From the NCBI GenBank assembly GCA_038150265.1, contig JAYOTF010000027.1, forward strand, positions 1-44,271: a DNA stretch of 44,271 nucleotides, written 5' to 3'. This document shows positions 30,681 through 39,793 of the stretch, piece by piece. A program made the position numbers and the translations under genes. Under the pieces are notes generated by a model that worked only from the letters and a program-made list of their open reading frames with translations, did not search any database and had not been told where the DNA came from. Source of the stretch: Deltaproteobacteria bacterium (GTDB taxonomy: Bacteria > SAR324 > NAC60-12). The stretch's first letter is position 1. The number at the start of each line of letters is the position of its first letter.

Positions 30681-32237
30681 TTACGGTCGGTTCCGCAGCT
30701 CCCGGCGGAGGATCTTCCCGGAGGCACTCTTGGGGATGGCGTCGATGAACTCCACCTTGCGGACCCGCTTCTGGGGGGAGACGCGCTCCGCAACAAAGTC
30801 CATCAGCGCGGCCTCGGTCACCGCCGCCCCGGGCTTGCGCACGACAAAGGCCCGGGGGATCTCGCCGGCCTCTTCATCCGGGTAGGGCACCACGCCGACG
30901 TCATTGACGTCCGGATGCGAAAGCAGCAGGGCTTCCAGCTCAGCCGGTGGCACCTGAAACCCCTTGTACTTGATGAGCTCCTTGACGCGGTCCACGACCC
31001 AGAAGTTGCCTTCTTCGTCCACCTCGGCAATGTCACCGGTCCGGAGCCAGCCGTCTTCATCCACCGTCTCGGCTGTGGCTTCCGGATTGTTGAGGTAGCC
31101 CTTCATCACCTGAGGTCCCCGGATGTGGAGCTCCCCGCGTTCGCGATAGCCCAGGGTTTTGCCCGACTCGACGTCCACGATCCGGGCCTCGGTGTTGGGG
31201 AGCAGGTGTCCGGCCGCACCGTAGCGGATCTGCTGCGGATCTTCCGGGCTCACGTGCGTAACGGGGCTCAGCTCCGTCATGCCGTAGCCCTGCTTGACCA
31301 CCAGGTTCAGGCGCGTGGCGCACTCCTGGCTGAGGTCGGCTCCCAGGGGCGCCGCTCCGGAGAGGATCACCTTCAGGCTGGAGAGGTCAAACTGATCGAC
31401 CAGAGGGTGCTTGGCAAGCGCGAGGACGATGGGAGGAACGATGTGACCGCGGGTGATGCCGTATTGCTGAATGAGCCCAAGGAACTGCTCCAAATCGAAG
31501 CGCGGCATGGTGACCACGGTGGCGCCGTTGCTGAGCGCCGCGTTCATGATGACCGTCATGCCATAGATATGGAAAAAGGGGAGCACGCCGATGAGGACGT
31601 CTTTGGGGGTGGTGGGCTCCAGGTTTTCAAACTGCTTGATGTTGGCAATGAGGTTCCGCTGCGTCAGCATCACGCCTTTGGGGACGCCCGTGGTGCCACT
31701 CGAGTAGGGCAGCACCGCGAGGTCGGTAGCCGGGTCGCAGTCCACGTCCGGAGCGGGATCGTTGCTGTCCAGCAACTGGTCAAACGGGGTTGCACCGGGT
31801 GCGTCTCCCAGGACAAACACCTCTTCGACTCCCGCAAGCTGGGCGGCCTGCTGGGCTGTTTCCAGCAATGGCGGAATGGTCAGGAGGAAGCGAGCCGAGC
31901 AGTCCTTGAGCTGACGGCCCAGCTCCTCGGCGGTGTAGAGGGGGTTGGCGGTGGTGCAGGTGCCTCCGGCGCGAACCACACCATGAAAGGCCACCGCGTA
32001 TTCCGGAAGGTTGGGGCAGTAGATGCCAAAGACCTGGCCCTTCCCGAATTGCCGGGCGGCGAGTCCTGCGGCACACCGCTCCACCAGGTGCCCCAGTTGA
32101 CCATAGGTCAGGGTGCGTCCGCTGGGGCCGTCAATCAGGGCGGGTTTATCGGCCAGCTGCCTGGTCTGACGCAGGATGACTTCCGGAAGTGACTGGTCCG
32201 GAATGGTGACCGCTTCGTAGTTGCTGGAAATGATCAT
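30681..32237 (-). CDS. 4-coumarate--CoA ligase-like AMP-binding enzyme
   Basis: [58 protein letters not shown]. Confidence 0.9.
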   Translation of the reverse strand: MIISSNYEAVTIPDQSLPEVILRQTRQLADKPALIDGPSGRTLTYGQLGHLVERCAAGLAARQFGKGQVFGIYCPNLPEYAVAFHGVVRAGGTCTTANPLYTAEELGRQLKDCSARFLLTIPPLLETAQQAAQLAGVEEVFVLGDAPGATPFDQLLDSNDPAPDVDCDPATDLAVLPYSSGTTGVPKGVMLTQRNLIANIKQFENLEPTTPKDVLIGVLPFFHIYGMTVIMNAALSNGATVVTMPRFDLEQFLGLIQQYGITRGHIVPPIVLALAKHPLVDQFDLSSLKVILSGAAPLGADLSQECATRLNLVVKQGYGMTELSPVTHVSPEDPQQIRYGAAGHLLPNTEARIVDVESGKTLGYRERGELHIRGPQVMKGYLNNPEATAETVDEDGWLRTGDIAEVDEEGNFWVVDRVKELIKYKGFQVPPAELEALLLSHPDVNDVGVVPYPDEEAGEIPRAFVVRKPGAAVTEAALMDFVAERVSPQKRVRKVEFIDAIPKSASGKILRRELRNRP

Positions 32238-32527
32238 GCTTCCTCCACGTTTCAGAGTTTGATCCAATTCTGGATGGGAACCGAAACCAGCATCTTAAAC
32301 GGCTTTTTTGAGAAACGTAAGCAGGGGCTCGGGAAAACCTGCAGCGGAAAGGAGAAAACGGGGAAGCTGTATTTTTATGAAGTTAAGACTAGGAACTGTG
32401 ACAAAATTCAGGTAGGGTTAAGGTTTCCCCAGACAGGAGGTTAGGGGTTGGGTGCAAGACGCATCCTCATCGAACTTTGGAAAATAAGGTTCATGCGCGG
32501 GCATGGAAGCCACACTGCATAAAGGAC

Positions 32528-33271
32528 ATGGAGCGCCAATCTAATCAGGATTTTGCAGAAGATTCCTGCAACGATTCACTGTTTGATGACTCACTGCTAG
32601 AGGCCATGATGGCGGAAACGCTTGCCTCCGTTCCAGATTACTCATCGCTCGCCGAAGCTGGATTTAGCGCGAAGCCCCTCACGCAAGGCGTCAAGCCGGC
32701 CGGGCCCCTCACGCAAATTCCTCCGGCGCTCCAAGAGGTCACGACCCACTTCAGCACCCACCTGGCTGAGGTCTTTCACCGCACCTTGAAGGAGCCTTCC
32801 CGGATCCGCTTCACCCAGCATGCGGTTCTGCCATTTGAGCAACTGGAACTCCTGGCTCCGGAACGTTCGTACTTCACTCTGCTCCGCCTGGATGGGCCAG
32901 AGTCGATGTGGCTCTTTCACCTGTCCCGAGAAGTCGCCGAGGGCATGGCGACCGCCCTGTACCTGGATCGCCAGAAGTCCCAACGGCGTCATGCGGTACA
33001 CCCCCGCCTGAGCGAAGCCGATTCCCTGATTTATGTGGAGATTGGCAGTGTGCTGCGTCACTGCATTCAGGGGCTGGTCACCGCGTGGAAGGGCTCCAGT
33101 CGCCTCGGCTTGAAGGGGTTCCGGCATCAGCTGACTCCAGGAGTGGCCCGGGGCTTCTCTCCTCAAGAGCCTTACCTGGTTCAGCACTTCTCTGTGGAAA
33201 ACCGCCTCTTCCAGGGCGAGGCCCACACGGCCCTGCCGCTCCGCATCGCCCACGTCCTCCTCGACCGCTAA
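32528..33271 (+). CDS. Hypothetical protein resembling the FliM middle (CheC-like) domain
   Basis: AAGGA RBS; residue pattern follows FliM-M by eye (ALQEVTTHFS..L, F.QL..L.P, LVTAW, P.EPYLV..F.V....QG....ALP); no C-terminal SpoA domain. Confidence 0.55.
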   Translation: MERQSNQDFAEDSCNDSLFDDSLLEAMMAETLASVPDYSSLAEAGFSAKPLTQGVKPAGPLTQIPPALQEVTTHFSTHLAEVFHRTLKEPSRIRFTQHAVLPFEQLELLAPERSYFTLLRLDGPESMWLFHLSREVAEGMATALYLDRQKSQRRHAVHPRLSEADSLIYVEIGSVLRHCIQGLVTAWKGSSRLGLKGFRHQLTPGVARGFSPQEPYLVQHFSVENRLFQGEAHTALPLRIAHVLLDR

Positions 33272-33278
33272 CCGGCTT

Positions 33279-33620
33279 TCACAGCGGCGGTCGCCCATAC
33301 GTCCCAGAGTCTTCCCGACTCCAGAGCACCTGACGCTGCACGGCTTCCAGATTGAGGGGGCCGTAAAGGTGAGGAAACGGCGCCTCCCCGGGCTCTGCCT
33401 CTTCCCAGCGCAATTCTGCACGAAGCGACTCCACCTTCACCTCCCAGACCTCCAACTCCGGAACCTGCTGATAAAAGCGGTTGGCCGTGCGTTCCAGCTG
33501 TTCTGCTGTGGAAAAGTGGATGAATCCCTCGCGGGTCAGGCTCTCTGGCGCATAAGGGGCTTCCGGAGTGGGGCCAGGGAGGCGGAGGTGGTAGATGACA
33601 GAGGGAACGGAAGATGGCAT
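33279..33620 (-). CDS. DUF952 family protein
   Basis: IYHL, SL..EGFIHFST..Q, LRWE, FPHLYGPLN. Confidence 0.88.
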   Translation of the reverse strand: MPSSVPSVIYHLRLPGPTPEAPYAPESLTREGFIHFSTAEQLERTANRFYQQVPELEVWEVKVESLRAELRWEEAEPGEAPFPHLYGPLNLEAVQRQVLWSREDSGTYGRPPL

Positions 33621-33664
33621 GGACTGGGAGAGAAAATGCGTTGCAGTTCGAAACAATTTGTTAT

Positions 33665-33693
33665 TTGACGAGCTGTTAGCGCTCTAGTAGCAT
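33665..33693 (+). promoter_or_regulatory. Sigma70-like promoter
   Basis: TTGACG-N17-TAGCAT, about 80 bp upstream of ATG 33772. Confidence 0.55.
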
Positions 33694-33771
33694 GAGTGCC
33701 ATAAATATCCAAACCGTTTTGGGTAAACGGTTGAAGTGACTGAAATACTGAATCAACCTGACGAGGTCACC

Positions 33772-33984
33772 ATGGCAGCTCGAGAATTCACTCACGAGGA
33801 AATCAACGAAGCGATGGAGCGCTTCCTGGCAAAAGGCGGGCAGATCCAACGCATTGAGTATCAAGACAACGGCTTTGCCCTGACCAATGAGTTGGGGTTG
33901 GACGAGGACTACAGCACCGACAGCCTGGGCGCCTCGACGCTCAAGAGCCTGGGAGTGGAGTACGACCTAGACCCGTCCGTCTGA
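33772..33984 (+). CDS. Small acidic protein with SutA-like RNAP-binding motif
   Basis: EINEAMERFLAKGGQIQRI matches the SutA-type FLxxGGxIxxI helix-turn motif; GAGG RBS; acidic tail. Confidence 0.7.
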   Translation: MAAREFTHEEINEAMERFLAKGGQIQRIEYQDNGFALTNELGLDEDYSTDSLGASTLKSLGVEYDLDPSV

Positions 33985-34140
33985 TTCCTCATCAGTTGAA
34001 TCCTGATCCGGAACGGAGGCCTCTGGCTTCCGTTCTTCCCCCCAAAGCATCATCTTCCACATCTTCTTCACCTCTTCATCCGTCACATCACTGGGAAGTG
34101 AGAGCTTGAGGTGATCGATTAAGTCCCGATCACTGATCAT
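33967..34140 (-). CDS. Putative 57-aa protein absent from the ORF track (MISDRDLIDHLKLSLPSDVTDEEVKKMWKMMLWGEERKPEASVPDQDSTDEESDGRV)
   Basis: Open ATG..TAG frame; upstream TTGCAA-N17-TAAGCT; weak RBS. Confidence 0.45.
   Translation of the reverse strand: MISDRDLIDHLKLSLPSDVTDEEVKKMWKMMLWGEERKPEASVPDQDSTDEESDGRV
34011..34035 (+). terminator. Hairpin downstream of the SutA-like gene
   Basis: GAACGGAGGCC-TCT-GGCTTCCGTTC with one G-U pair; poor U-tract. Confidence 0.45.
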
Positions 34141-34206
34141 GGTTGCGTTTCCAGTAGAGCCGTGTTCTCAGAGACAGGCGAAGTGCCGAGCCTCACGAAC
34201 AGCCTT

Positions 34207-34235
34207 AGCTTATAGAAAAACAACTATAATTGCAA
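34207..34235 (-). promoter_or_regulatory. Sigma70-like promoter
   Basis: TTGCAA-N17-TAAGCT on the minus strand in an AT-rich tract. Confidence 0.45.
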
Positions 34236-34268
34236 TTTAAAGGAATTGTGATGAGGTAGGGAGTCTGG

Positions 34269-34298
34269 AAGAGGAAAGTGCCGCGCCGAAGCGCGGCA
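34269..34298 (-). terminator. Intrinsic terminator of csp
   Basis: TGCCGCGC-TTCG-GCGCGGCA stem (C-UUCG-G loop) followed by CTTTCCTCTT. Confidence 0.7.
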
Positions 34299-34325
34299 AA
34301 CCGGCTCAACTTTCGGAGGGTTCCG

Positions 34326-34517
34326 TTAGATGAGTTTCACTTCTTTAGCCGCAAGGCCCTTACGGCCTTGTCCCACTACGAATTCAACCTGTGCTCCATC
34401 GCGAAGATGTCCCCCCTGCACATCGGAGAAGTGGACAAACAAGTCATCTCCATTTTCCTGCTCAATGAAACCGTAGCCTTTTTGCTCATTGAACCACTTT
34501 ACTCGACCTTGCGGCAT
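34326..34517 (-). CDS. Cold-shock domain protein (CspA family)
   Basis: GRVKWFN..KGYGFI (RNP1), LFVHFS (RNP2); 63 aa from ATG 34517. Confidence 0.95.
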   Translation of the reverse strand: MPQGRVKWFNEQKGYGFIEQENGDDLFVHFSDVQGGHLRDGAQVEFVVGQGRKGLAAKEVKLI

Positions 34518-34673
34518 ACTCGATCCTGAAAAAATAAAGGGCTGGCGCCCGAAAACCACTCCGCTCACACGGAGCCGTAGCTTGATTGCTACGAAAAATT
34601 AGTGTTAAGGAAACACTTCCGGATGTCCAGCTTAATCGGAAAAAACGCTTGCAGTGTGCCCTTAGTCCTGAAA

Positions 34674-36014
34674 CTAAGTCCCACTGACGTTCATTTTTTC
34701 GATTTTGAAGGCAGGGGTCAGGATGGCGCTACGCGGATCGACTTCTGAGGCAATCATGCTGAGGTTCTGAAGCATCTGCAGGTAGGTGCTGGCAATGGTG
34801 AACTCTGCAACAGGCTCGGCGAGTTTTCCGTTGCGGATCCATAAGCCCTGTGCGCCTCGGGAGTAGTCACCCGTGGTAATGTTGGCTCCTTGCCCCGACA
34901 TGAAGGTCAGGTAGAGGCCATCGGGCACGCTCGCAATCAGCTCTGCCTCAGGGTACGCTCCGGGCACCAGCACCAGGTTGCTGTAGCCTCCAGCGTGTCC
35001 TGTGGTCTCCATCCCCAGCTTCTTCGCTGAATAGGTGGAGAGCATGAAGTTCCGGAGCCGTCCGTTTTCAATCAGCGGCAACGGGGCCGCGGTCACGCCT
35101 TCAGCGTCATAAAGGCGGCTCCCCAGCTTGCCCGGCAGCAGCGGCTCATCGGTGAGGGTAAAGCTCGGGTGCGCAATGACGGAACCCAGCGAGCCGGCGA
35201 GGAAGGACTGCTTGCGGAAGATGTTTTCTCCCATCATCGCCGAAGCAAGGCTCCCGAGGAAGCTCTTCGCCATTTCAGCGCTGAAGACCACGGGCACTTC
35301 GCACGAACGTGGCTTGACGGCTCCGACCTTCCGGAGGACCCGCCGGGCAGCTTCGTGGGCGAGGTTCTGCGTGGTGTCGAGCTGGCTCCGGAAGCGGCTG
35401 CTGGAGTACCAGCCATCGGTCTGCTTGCGTCCAGAATTTTCTCCTCCCTGCCCCGGGTCATCCACCACCAGCGACATCCCCTTCGAGTAAAGGGTCTTGC
35501 TGTATCCGTCCAGAAAGCCGTTGGAGTCAGCATAAACAACGTGGGAGCGAGCATCCGAATAGTAGGCCTGGTCCGACCGGAGGCGCTCATCGAGCTGAAG
35601 GGCTTCTCGCTCCAGTTCAAGGGCCTGCGCAACCTTCTGCTCCGCAGGAAGCGTCCCATGGTCCGGATCCAGCGCCTGAAGGTCGACCTCTGCGCGGCCC
35701 TGGCGTTCGGGATGAGGCAGCTCATAAAACTCATCCGCGCCCATGAAGGGCAAGGCTTCGAGCGTTTGCTGAATCAGCGGCCGCACCGAGTTCACACTGA
35801 GGTCGTTCGAGGTCAGGGAAGACCGCCGGTGCCCCTGGCTGAGGGTGAGGTGAATGCCCGAGGATCCGGACTCCCGGAGGGAGTCGATTTCGCCTTCCCG
35901 GACTTCCACCTGAAAGGAAGTCGCGCTGGCGACCGAGACGGTGACCTGTTCCGCGCCCGCCTCCTGGGCGACTTGCAGGAGTTCCTGGGCAAGCTCCTTG
36001 TGGGCGTCGATCAC
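34674..36014 (-). CDS. pmbA: TldE/PmbA family protein
   Basis: GTG start overlapping the tldD stop; SRLYDAEG, TGHAGG, TTGDYSRGAQG; no HExxH. Confidence 0.9.
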   Translation of the reverse strand: MIDAHKELAQELLQVAQEAGAEQVTVSVASATSFQVEVREGEIDSLRESGSSGIHLTLSQGHRRSSLTSNDLSVNSVRPLIQQTLEALPFMGADEFYELPHPERQGRAEVDLQALDPDHGTLPAEQKVAQALELEREALQLDERLRSDQAYYSDARSHVVYADSNGFLDGYSKTLYSKGMSLVVDDPGQGGENSGRKQTDGWYSSSRFRSQLDTTQNLAHEAARRVLRKVGAVKPRSCEVPVVFSAEMAKSFLGSLASAMMGENIFRKQSFLAGSLGSVIAHPSFTLTDEPLLPGKLGSRLYDAEGVTAAPLPLIENGRLRNFMLSTYSAKKLGMETTGHAGGYSNLVLVPGAYPEAELIASVPDGLYLTFMSGQGANITTGDYSRGAQGLWIRNGKLAEPVAEFTIASTYLQMLQNLSMIASEVDPRSAILTPAFKIEKMNVSGT

Positions 36015-37492
36015 ATGCCTCCTACGGTCATTTCGGAAATCAGAATCGTCGGCAATCCCACGCCCACCGGAACGCTCTGGCCGTCTTTGCCACAGGTCCA
36101 GATGCCGTCGCTGAAGGCAAAGTCGTTGCCCACGAGGGTGACCTTGGAGAGGGCATCGGGTCCGTTGCCAATGAGGGTGAAGTTTTTCAGCGGCACGGTC
36201 TTGCGGCCGTCTTCCACCAGCCACGCCACGGTGGGCACAAACACGAAGTCGCCGTTGGAGATGTCCACCTGTCCGCCACTGAAGGACTCGCAGTACACGC
36301 CCTTGCGAACGGAGGCAAAGATCTCTTCTGGCTCGCTCGAACCCGGAGCGAGGTAGGTGGTGGTCATGCGAGGAAGCGGTGGGTGGGCATACGACTCGCG
36401 CCGTCCGTTTCCGGAGGGTTCCAGCTCATAGTGCTGAGCGCTGATGTAGTCGTGCATGTACTGGCGCAGGATGCCCTTTTCAATCAGCAGGTTTTCCCGA
36501 GACAGCGCGCCTTCGTCATCGAAGTTGATGGCCCCGCGGTCGTGTTCAATCACTCCGGAGTCAAAGATGGTGCAGAGGTCCGAGGCCACCTTTTCTCCAA
36601 TCCGGCCGCTGTAGGCCGAGGAGCCCTTGCGGTTGAAGTCGGCTTCCAGGGGGTGCCCGATGGCCTCATGAAGAAGGATGCCCGACTGCGCAGGACCCAG
36701 AATGACAGGGAAGCTTCCGGAAGGGGCCTGAACCGCCTGGAGCAGCAGCAGGGCGTCCTGAGCCGCTTCGCGCCCCAAGCGCTGAGGAAGTCCGGGATCA
36801 AGCAGCGTCTGCGCCATCCGGCGTCCACCTGTGCCAGAGGATCCGGACTGCAGGTTGCCTTCCTCTTCAGCCACACAGTGGACGTTGAAGCGGACCATTG
36901 GCCGGGTGTCGGCGACGAGGCGTCCGGTGGAGGTGGCCACGAGGTTGTGGGTGAGGGATTCGACGGTGGCCACCGTCACCCGGATCACGCGATCGTCTGT
37001 TTCGAGCGCGGCCTGCTCAGCGGCCTGGAGCAGGCGGATCTTTTCGCTGAGGGAGACGTCGTTGGTGGTTTGCGTGATGGGGTAGTAGTTGGGGGGGACC
37101 AGGCGGCTGAACTGAGCGGCTTCATGAGCGGGGACGCCGCCGTGGCGGGCGATGGCGGAAGCCGAGCGGGCTGCCTGCAGCATGGCCGGAAGCTCCAGGG
37201 TCTCGCTGTAGGCATACCCCGTCTGGTCGCCCTGCAGCACCCGCACGCCCATTCCGGCGATCAGGGCCACGGAGGAGCTCTTGACGATCCCCTCTTCCAG
37301 CACCACCGATTGTCGGGTGCTGTACTCGAAGTAAAGGTCGGCATACGTGCCGCCCCGTGCCAGTGCCTCTGCCATCACCTGCCGCAGGACCTCCGGTGTG
37401 ATGCCCAGCTGCTGTTCAAACCATCGATCGGCGAGATCCGGAGTCGTCTGGTGCTGCTGAGCCGCAGCGGCAGGTTGGGAGGGGTCGAGCAT
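36011..37492 (-). CDS. tldD: TldD metalloprotease
   Basis: ADLYFE, HEAIGHPLEADF, GNGRRESY, PRMTTT, CGKDGQSVPV. Confidence 0.95.
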   Translation of the reverse strand: MLDPSQPAAAAQQHQTTPDLADRWFEQQLGITPEVLRQVMAEALARGGTYADLYFEYSTRQSVVLEEGIVKSSSVALIAGMGVRVLQGDQTGYAYSETLELPAMLQAARSASAIARHGGVPAHEAAQFSRLVPPNYYPITQTTNDVSLSEKIRLLQAAEQAALETDDRVIRVTVATVESLTHNLVATSTGRLVADTRPMVRFNVHCVAEEEGNLQSGSSGTGGRRMAQTLLDPGLPQRLGREAAQDALLLLQAVQAPSGSFPVILGPAQSGILLHEAIGHPLEADFNRKGSSAYSGRIGEKVASDLCTIFDSGVIEHDRGAINFDDEGALSRENLLIEKGILRQYMHDYISAQHYELEPSGNGRRESYAHPPLPRMTTTYLAPGSSEPEEIFASVRKGVYCESFSGGQVDISNGDFVFVPTVAWLVEDGRKTVPLKNFTLIGNGPDALSKVTLVGNDFAFSDGIWTCGKDGQSVPVGVGLPTILISEMTVGGM

Positions 37493-38634
37493 CAGGAGGA
37501 CGGATGGAGGTGGTGGCAGATGAATTCGGCAGCGCGCTGATAGGCTCCAGGCTGCCCAAGCAGGTCTCGAACGTTTTGGAGCGAACGAATCATTCTTTCA
37601 CGGGAGGCCTCATCCTGCAAGAGCCGAGCGGCGTGCGCAGCGACCTGCTCGGGGGTGAAGTCGTCTTGCAGCAGCTCGGGCACCACCTCTTCTTGGGAGA
37701 GGACATTCACGAGGCCAATGTGGGGCACCTGCGCCAGCGTCTGGGCAATCCGGTACGTCAGGCCGGAAACCCGGTAGACGATCAGGTTCGGAGTGAGGGC
37801 CAGCCCCGTCTGCAGCGAGGCGGTTCCGGAAGCGACAATGACGAGGTCGGAGGCCTGCACCGACGCCTGAAACCCCCCTGGCCCGGTGACCAGGGTCACT
37901 GGAACCGGAGCGTGTGCAACCTGCTCCTGCAACTCGGAGGCACGGAGGCTCTCGGCCACAGGAAGCAGGCACTGGAAGGGGCCGACCTGCTGCTTCAGCA
38001 GGGGGAGCGCGGCCAGGAGGGTGTCGAGGTGCCGTTTGACTTCGCTGGGGCGGCTTCCGGGAGCAATCGTGATCAGGGGCTGTTCCGGAACCGGCGCATA
38101 CTGATTCCGGAAGGCCTGCACCTCGGCTTCTGGCAGCAGCAGATCCAGCAGCGGGTGCCCCACCCAATGAACCGGAACCCCGGCTGCTTCATAGAGCTCC
38201 ACCTCAAAGGGAAAGAGAACCAGCATCTGGTCAACCACCTGCTTGATCGTCCGGATGCGGCCCTTGCGCCACGCCCAGACCTGAGGGCTGTTGAAGAAGA
38301 GAACGGGGATGCCCAGGGCCTTGGCCTTGCGAGCCACCTTGAGGTTGAAGCCGGGGTAGTCGATGAGGATCACCGCGTCCGGACGCTCCTCACGCAGGGC
38401 CTGAGTGAGCAGGTTGAGTTTCTGGTAAAGCCGGGGCAGGTGCCGGATCACTTCCGTGATGCCATGGACCTGCAACTCGTTCATCAGGAAGTACGGGCGC
38501 AGCCCGGACCGGAGCATCTGGGGCCCTCCCACACCAAAGGCATCCAGTTGGGGAACGAGCGCGTTCAGCTCGCGTAGCAGTCCGGCGCCATGGGCATCTC
38601 CGGAAGCTTCTCCAGCGACCAGCATCAGCCTCAT
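37492..38634 (-). CDS. lpxB: Lipid-A-disaccharide synthase
   Basis: AGEASGD, IDYPGFN, SPQVWAWR, PGSR..EV, SGTASL, VPELLQ. Confidence 0.96.
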   Translation of the reverse strand: MRLMLVAGEASGDAHGAGLLRELNALVPQLDAFGVGGPQMLRSGLRPYFLMNELQVHGITEVIRHLPRLYQKLNLLTQALREERPDAVILIDYPGFNLKVARKAKALGIPVLFFNSPQVWAWRKGRIRTIKQVVDQMLVLFPFEVELYEAAGVPVHWVGHPLLDLLLPEAEVQAFRNQYAPVPEQPLITIAPGSRPSEVKRHLDTLLAALPLLKQQVGPFQCLLPVAESLRASELQEQVAHAPVPVTLVTGPGGFQASVQASDLVIVASGTASLQTGLALTPNLIVYRVSGLTYRIAQTLAQVPHIGLVNVLSQEEVVPELLQDDFTPEQVAAHAARLLQDEASRERMIRSLQNVRDLLGQPGAYQRAAEFICHHLHPSS

Positions 38635-39095
38635 GGGGCGCCTCCCTGGTCTTCAAAGACCAACCCGACTTGCGGGAAGCCCAGTTTCTGCAGAGCCAGC
38701 ATCAGTTCCACGAGGGTTCGGTGAGGAAGGCGTTCGTCCATCTGGATGTGTACCGGACGCTGCCGGGCTTCGGGGGTCCAGCGCTCCAGGGTGGTCACCA
38801 GCTCGTTCAGGCCCAGGAGGGGGCTGGCTTCAATGGCTTCTCGTGACTCGGCCTCTGGGAGGCGGTAGCTTCCCTGCGCATCCACGATCACCAGCACGGC
38901 CTGCTCAAATTCGGGCAGACGGTAGGGCAGGTTTCCTTGGGGAAGCTTAACGGGCAGGGATTGGGTCAGGAAGGGCGCCGTGATCACCAGGGCCACCACC
39001 AGGATCAGCAGCACGTCCACCAGTGGGGTCACGTTGATGTCGGACATCAAGTCGCCTCGGAGCCGACGGGCGTGCCTAAATTCTCTTCTCTTCAT
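38631..39095 (-). CDS. TolR/ExbD family protein
   Basis: SDINVTPLVDVLLIL transmembrane motif with conserved Asp. Confidence 0.9.
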   Translation of the reverse strand: MKRREFRHARRLRGDLMSDINVTPLVDVLLILVVALVITAPFLTQSLPVKLPQGNLPYRLPEFEQAVLVIVDAQGSYRLPEAESREAIEASPLLGLNELVTTLERWTPEARQRPVHIQMDERLPHRTLVELMLALQKLGFPQVGLVFEDQGGAP

Positions 39096-39768
39096 GCATG
39101 GTCAGCTGCATCTGTAGCCTCCGGAGGAGCTGCAGGGCAAAGTAATCAAGGGTTTCGGTCAGGTCCCGAACAAGGGACCGCAGGAGGTTGTAGCCCAATG
39201 TGGCAGGAATCGCGGCAAACAGTCCAGCGGCTGTTGCCAGCAGGGCCTCTGCGATGCTGGGGCTGATCACGGCGAGGTCCACGGCGTTTTGCTCGCCGAT
39301 GCCCTGAAAGGTGTCCATCACCCCAAGGACGGTGCCGAAGAGGCCAATGAACGGGGCCGAGACCGCAATGGACGCCAGCAGGGCCTGCCCGCGCGTCAGC
39401 TCTCGCTCTGCCAGGACGATCTGCGCCTCCAGGGTGCGCTCCAGCATTTCCACAAACTCCATCCGGAGGTTCGAGCCTGAGGTGGGGTGGAGTTGATGAA
39501 AGCGGCGGACTTCCTTCTGCCCCTGCTCAAACATGCGCTTGAGGGGGGAGTCGGGAAGCTTCCGGACCCGAGGGAGGAGCTCTTCCAGCTGAGTGGCGGA
39601 TTCAAAGACCTTGAGGAAGCGACGGTAGCGGGTGCGGCGCCGAAACAGGTTGAAGAAGCCGGCAAAGAGGAGGGCCCAGACCACCAGGGAGGCCAGGCCC
39701 AGGAGGACCAGAACCCCCAGTGCGATGGGAGAAGACGTGGCAGGAAGTGTGAACAGCAGTGAGCCCAT
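39076..39768 (-). CDS. TolQ/ExbB/MotA proton channel protein
   Basis: APFIGLFGTVLG, IAEALLATAAGLFAAIPA. Confidence 0.92.
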   Translation of the reverse strand: MGSLLFTLPATSSPIALGVLVLLGLASLVVWALLFAGFFNLFRRRTRYRRFLKVFESATQLEELLPRVRKLPDSPLKRMFEQGQKEVRRFHQLHPTSGSNLRMEFVEMLERTLEAQIVLAERELTRGQALLASIAVSAPFIGLFGTVLGVMDTFQGIGEQNAVDLAVISPSIAEALLATAAGLFAAIPATLGYNLLRSLVRDLTETLDYFALQLLRRLQMQLTMHEEKRI

Positions 39769-39793
39769 CCGGCGGCATCAGGTCGCGGGGGCG

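Noticed and set aside
30491..30796. Long N-terminal extensions in the ORF track (acnA, SorC regulator, Na/Pi cotransporter, cobS, pmbA, pal, PLP enzyme)
   Set aside because: They overlap neighbouring genes or promoters; downstream starts match family N-termini and mostly have an RBS or stop-start coupling
32504..32520. Sigma54-like GG-N10-GC upstream of the FliM-like gene
   Set aside because: Poor match to TGGCAC/TTGC, and the implied start site would fall at or after the ATG
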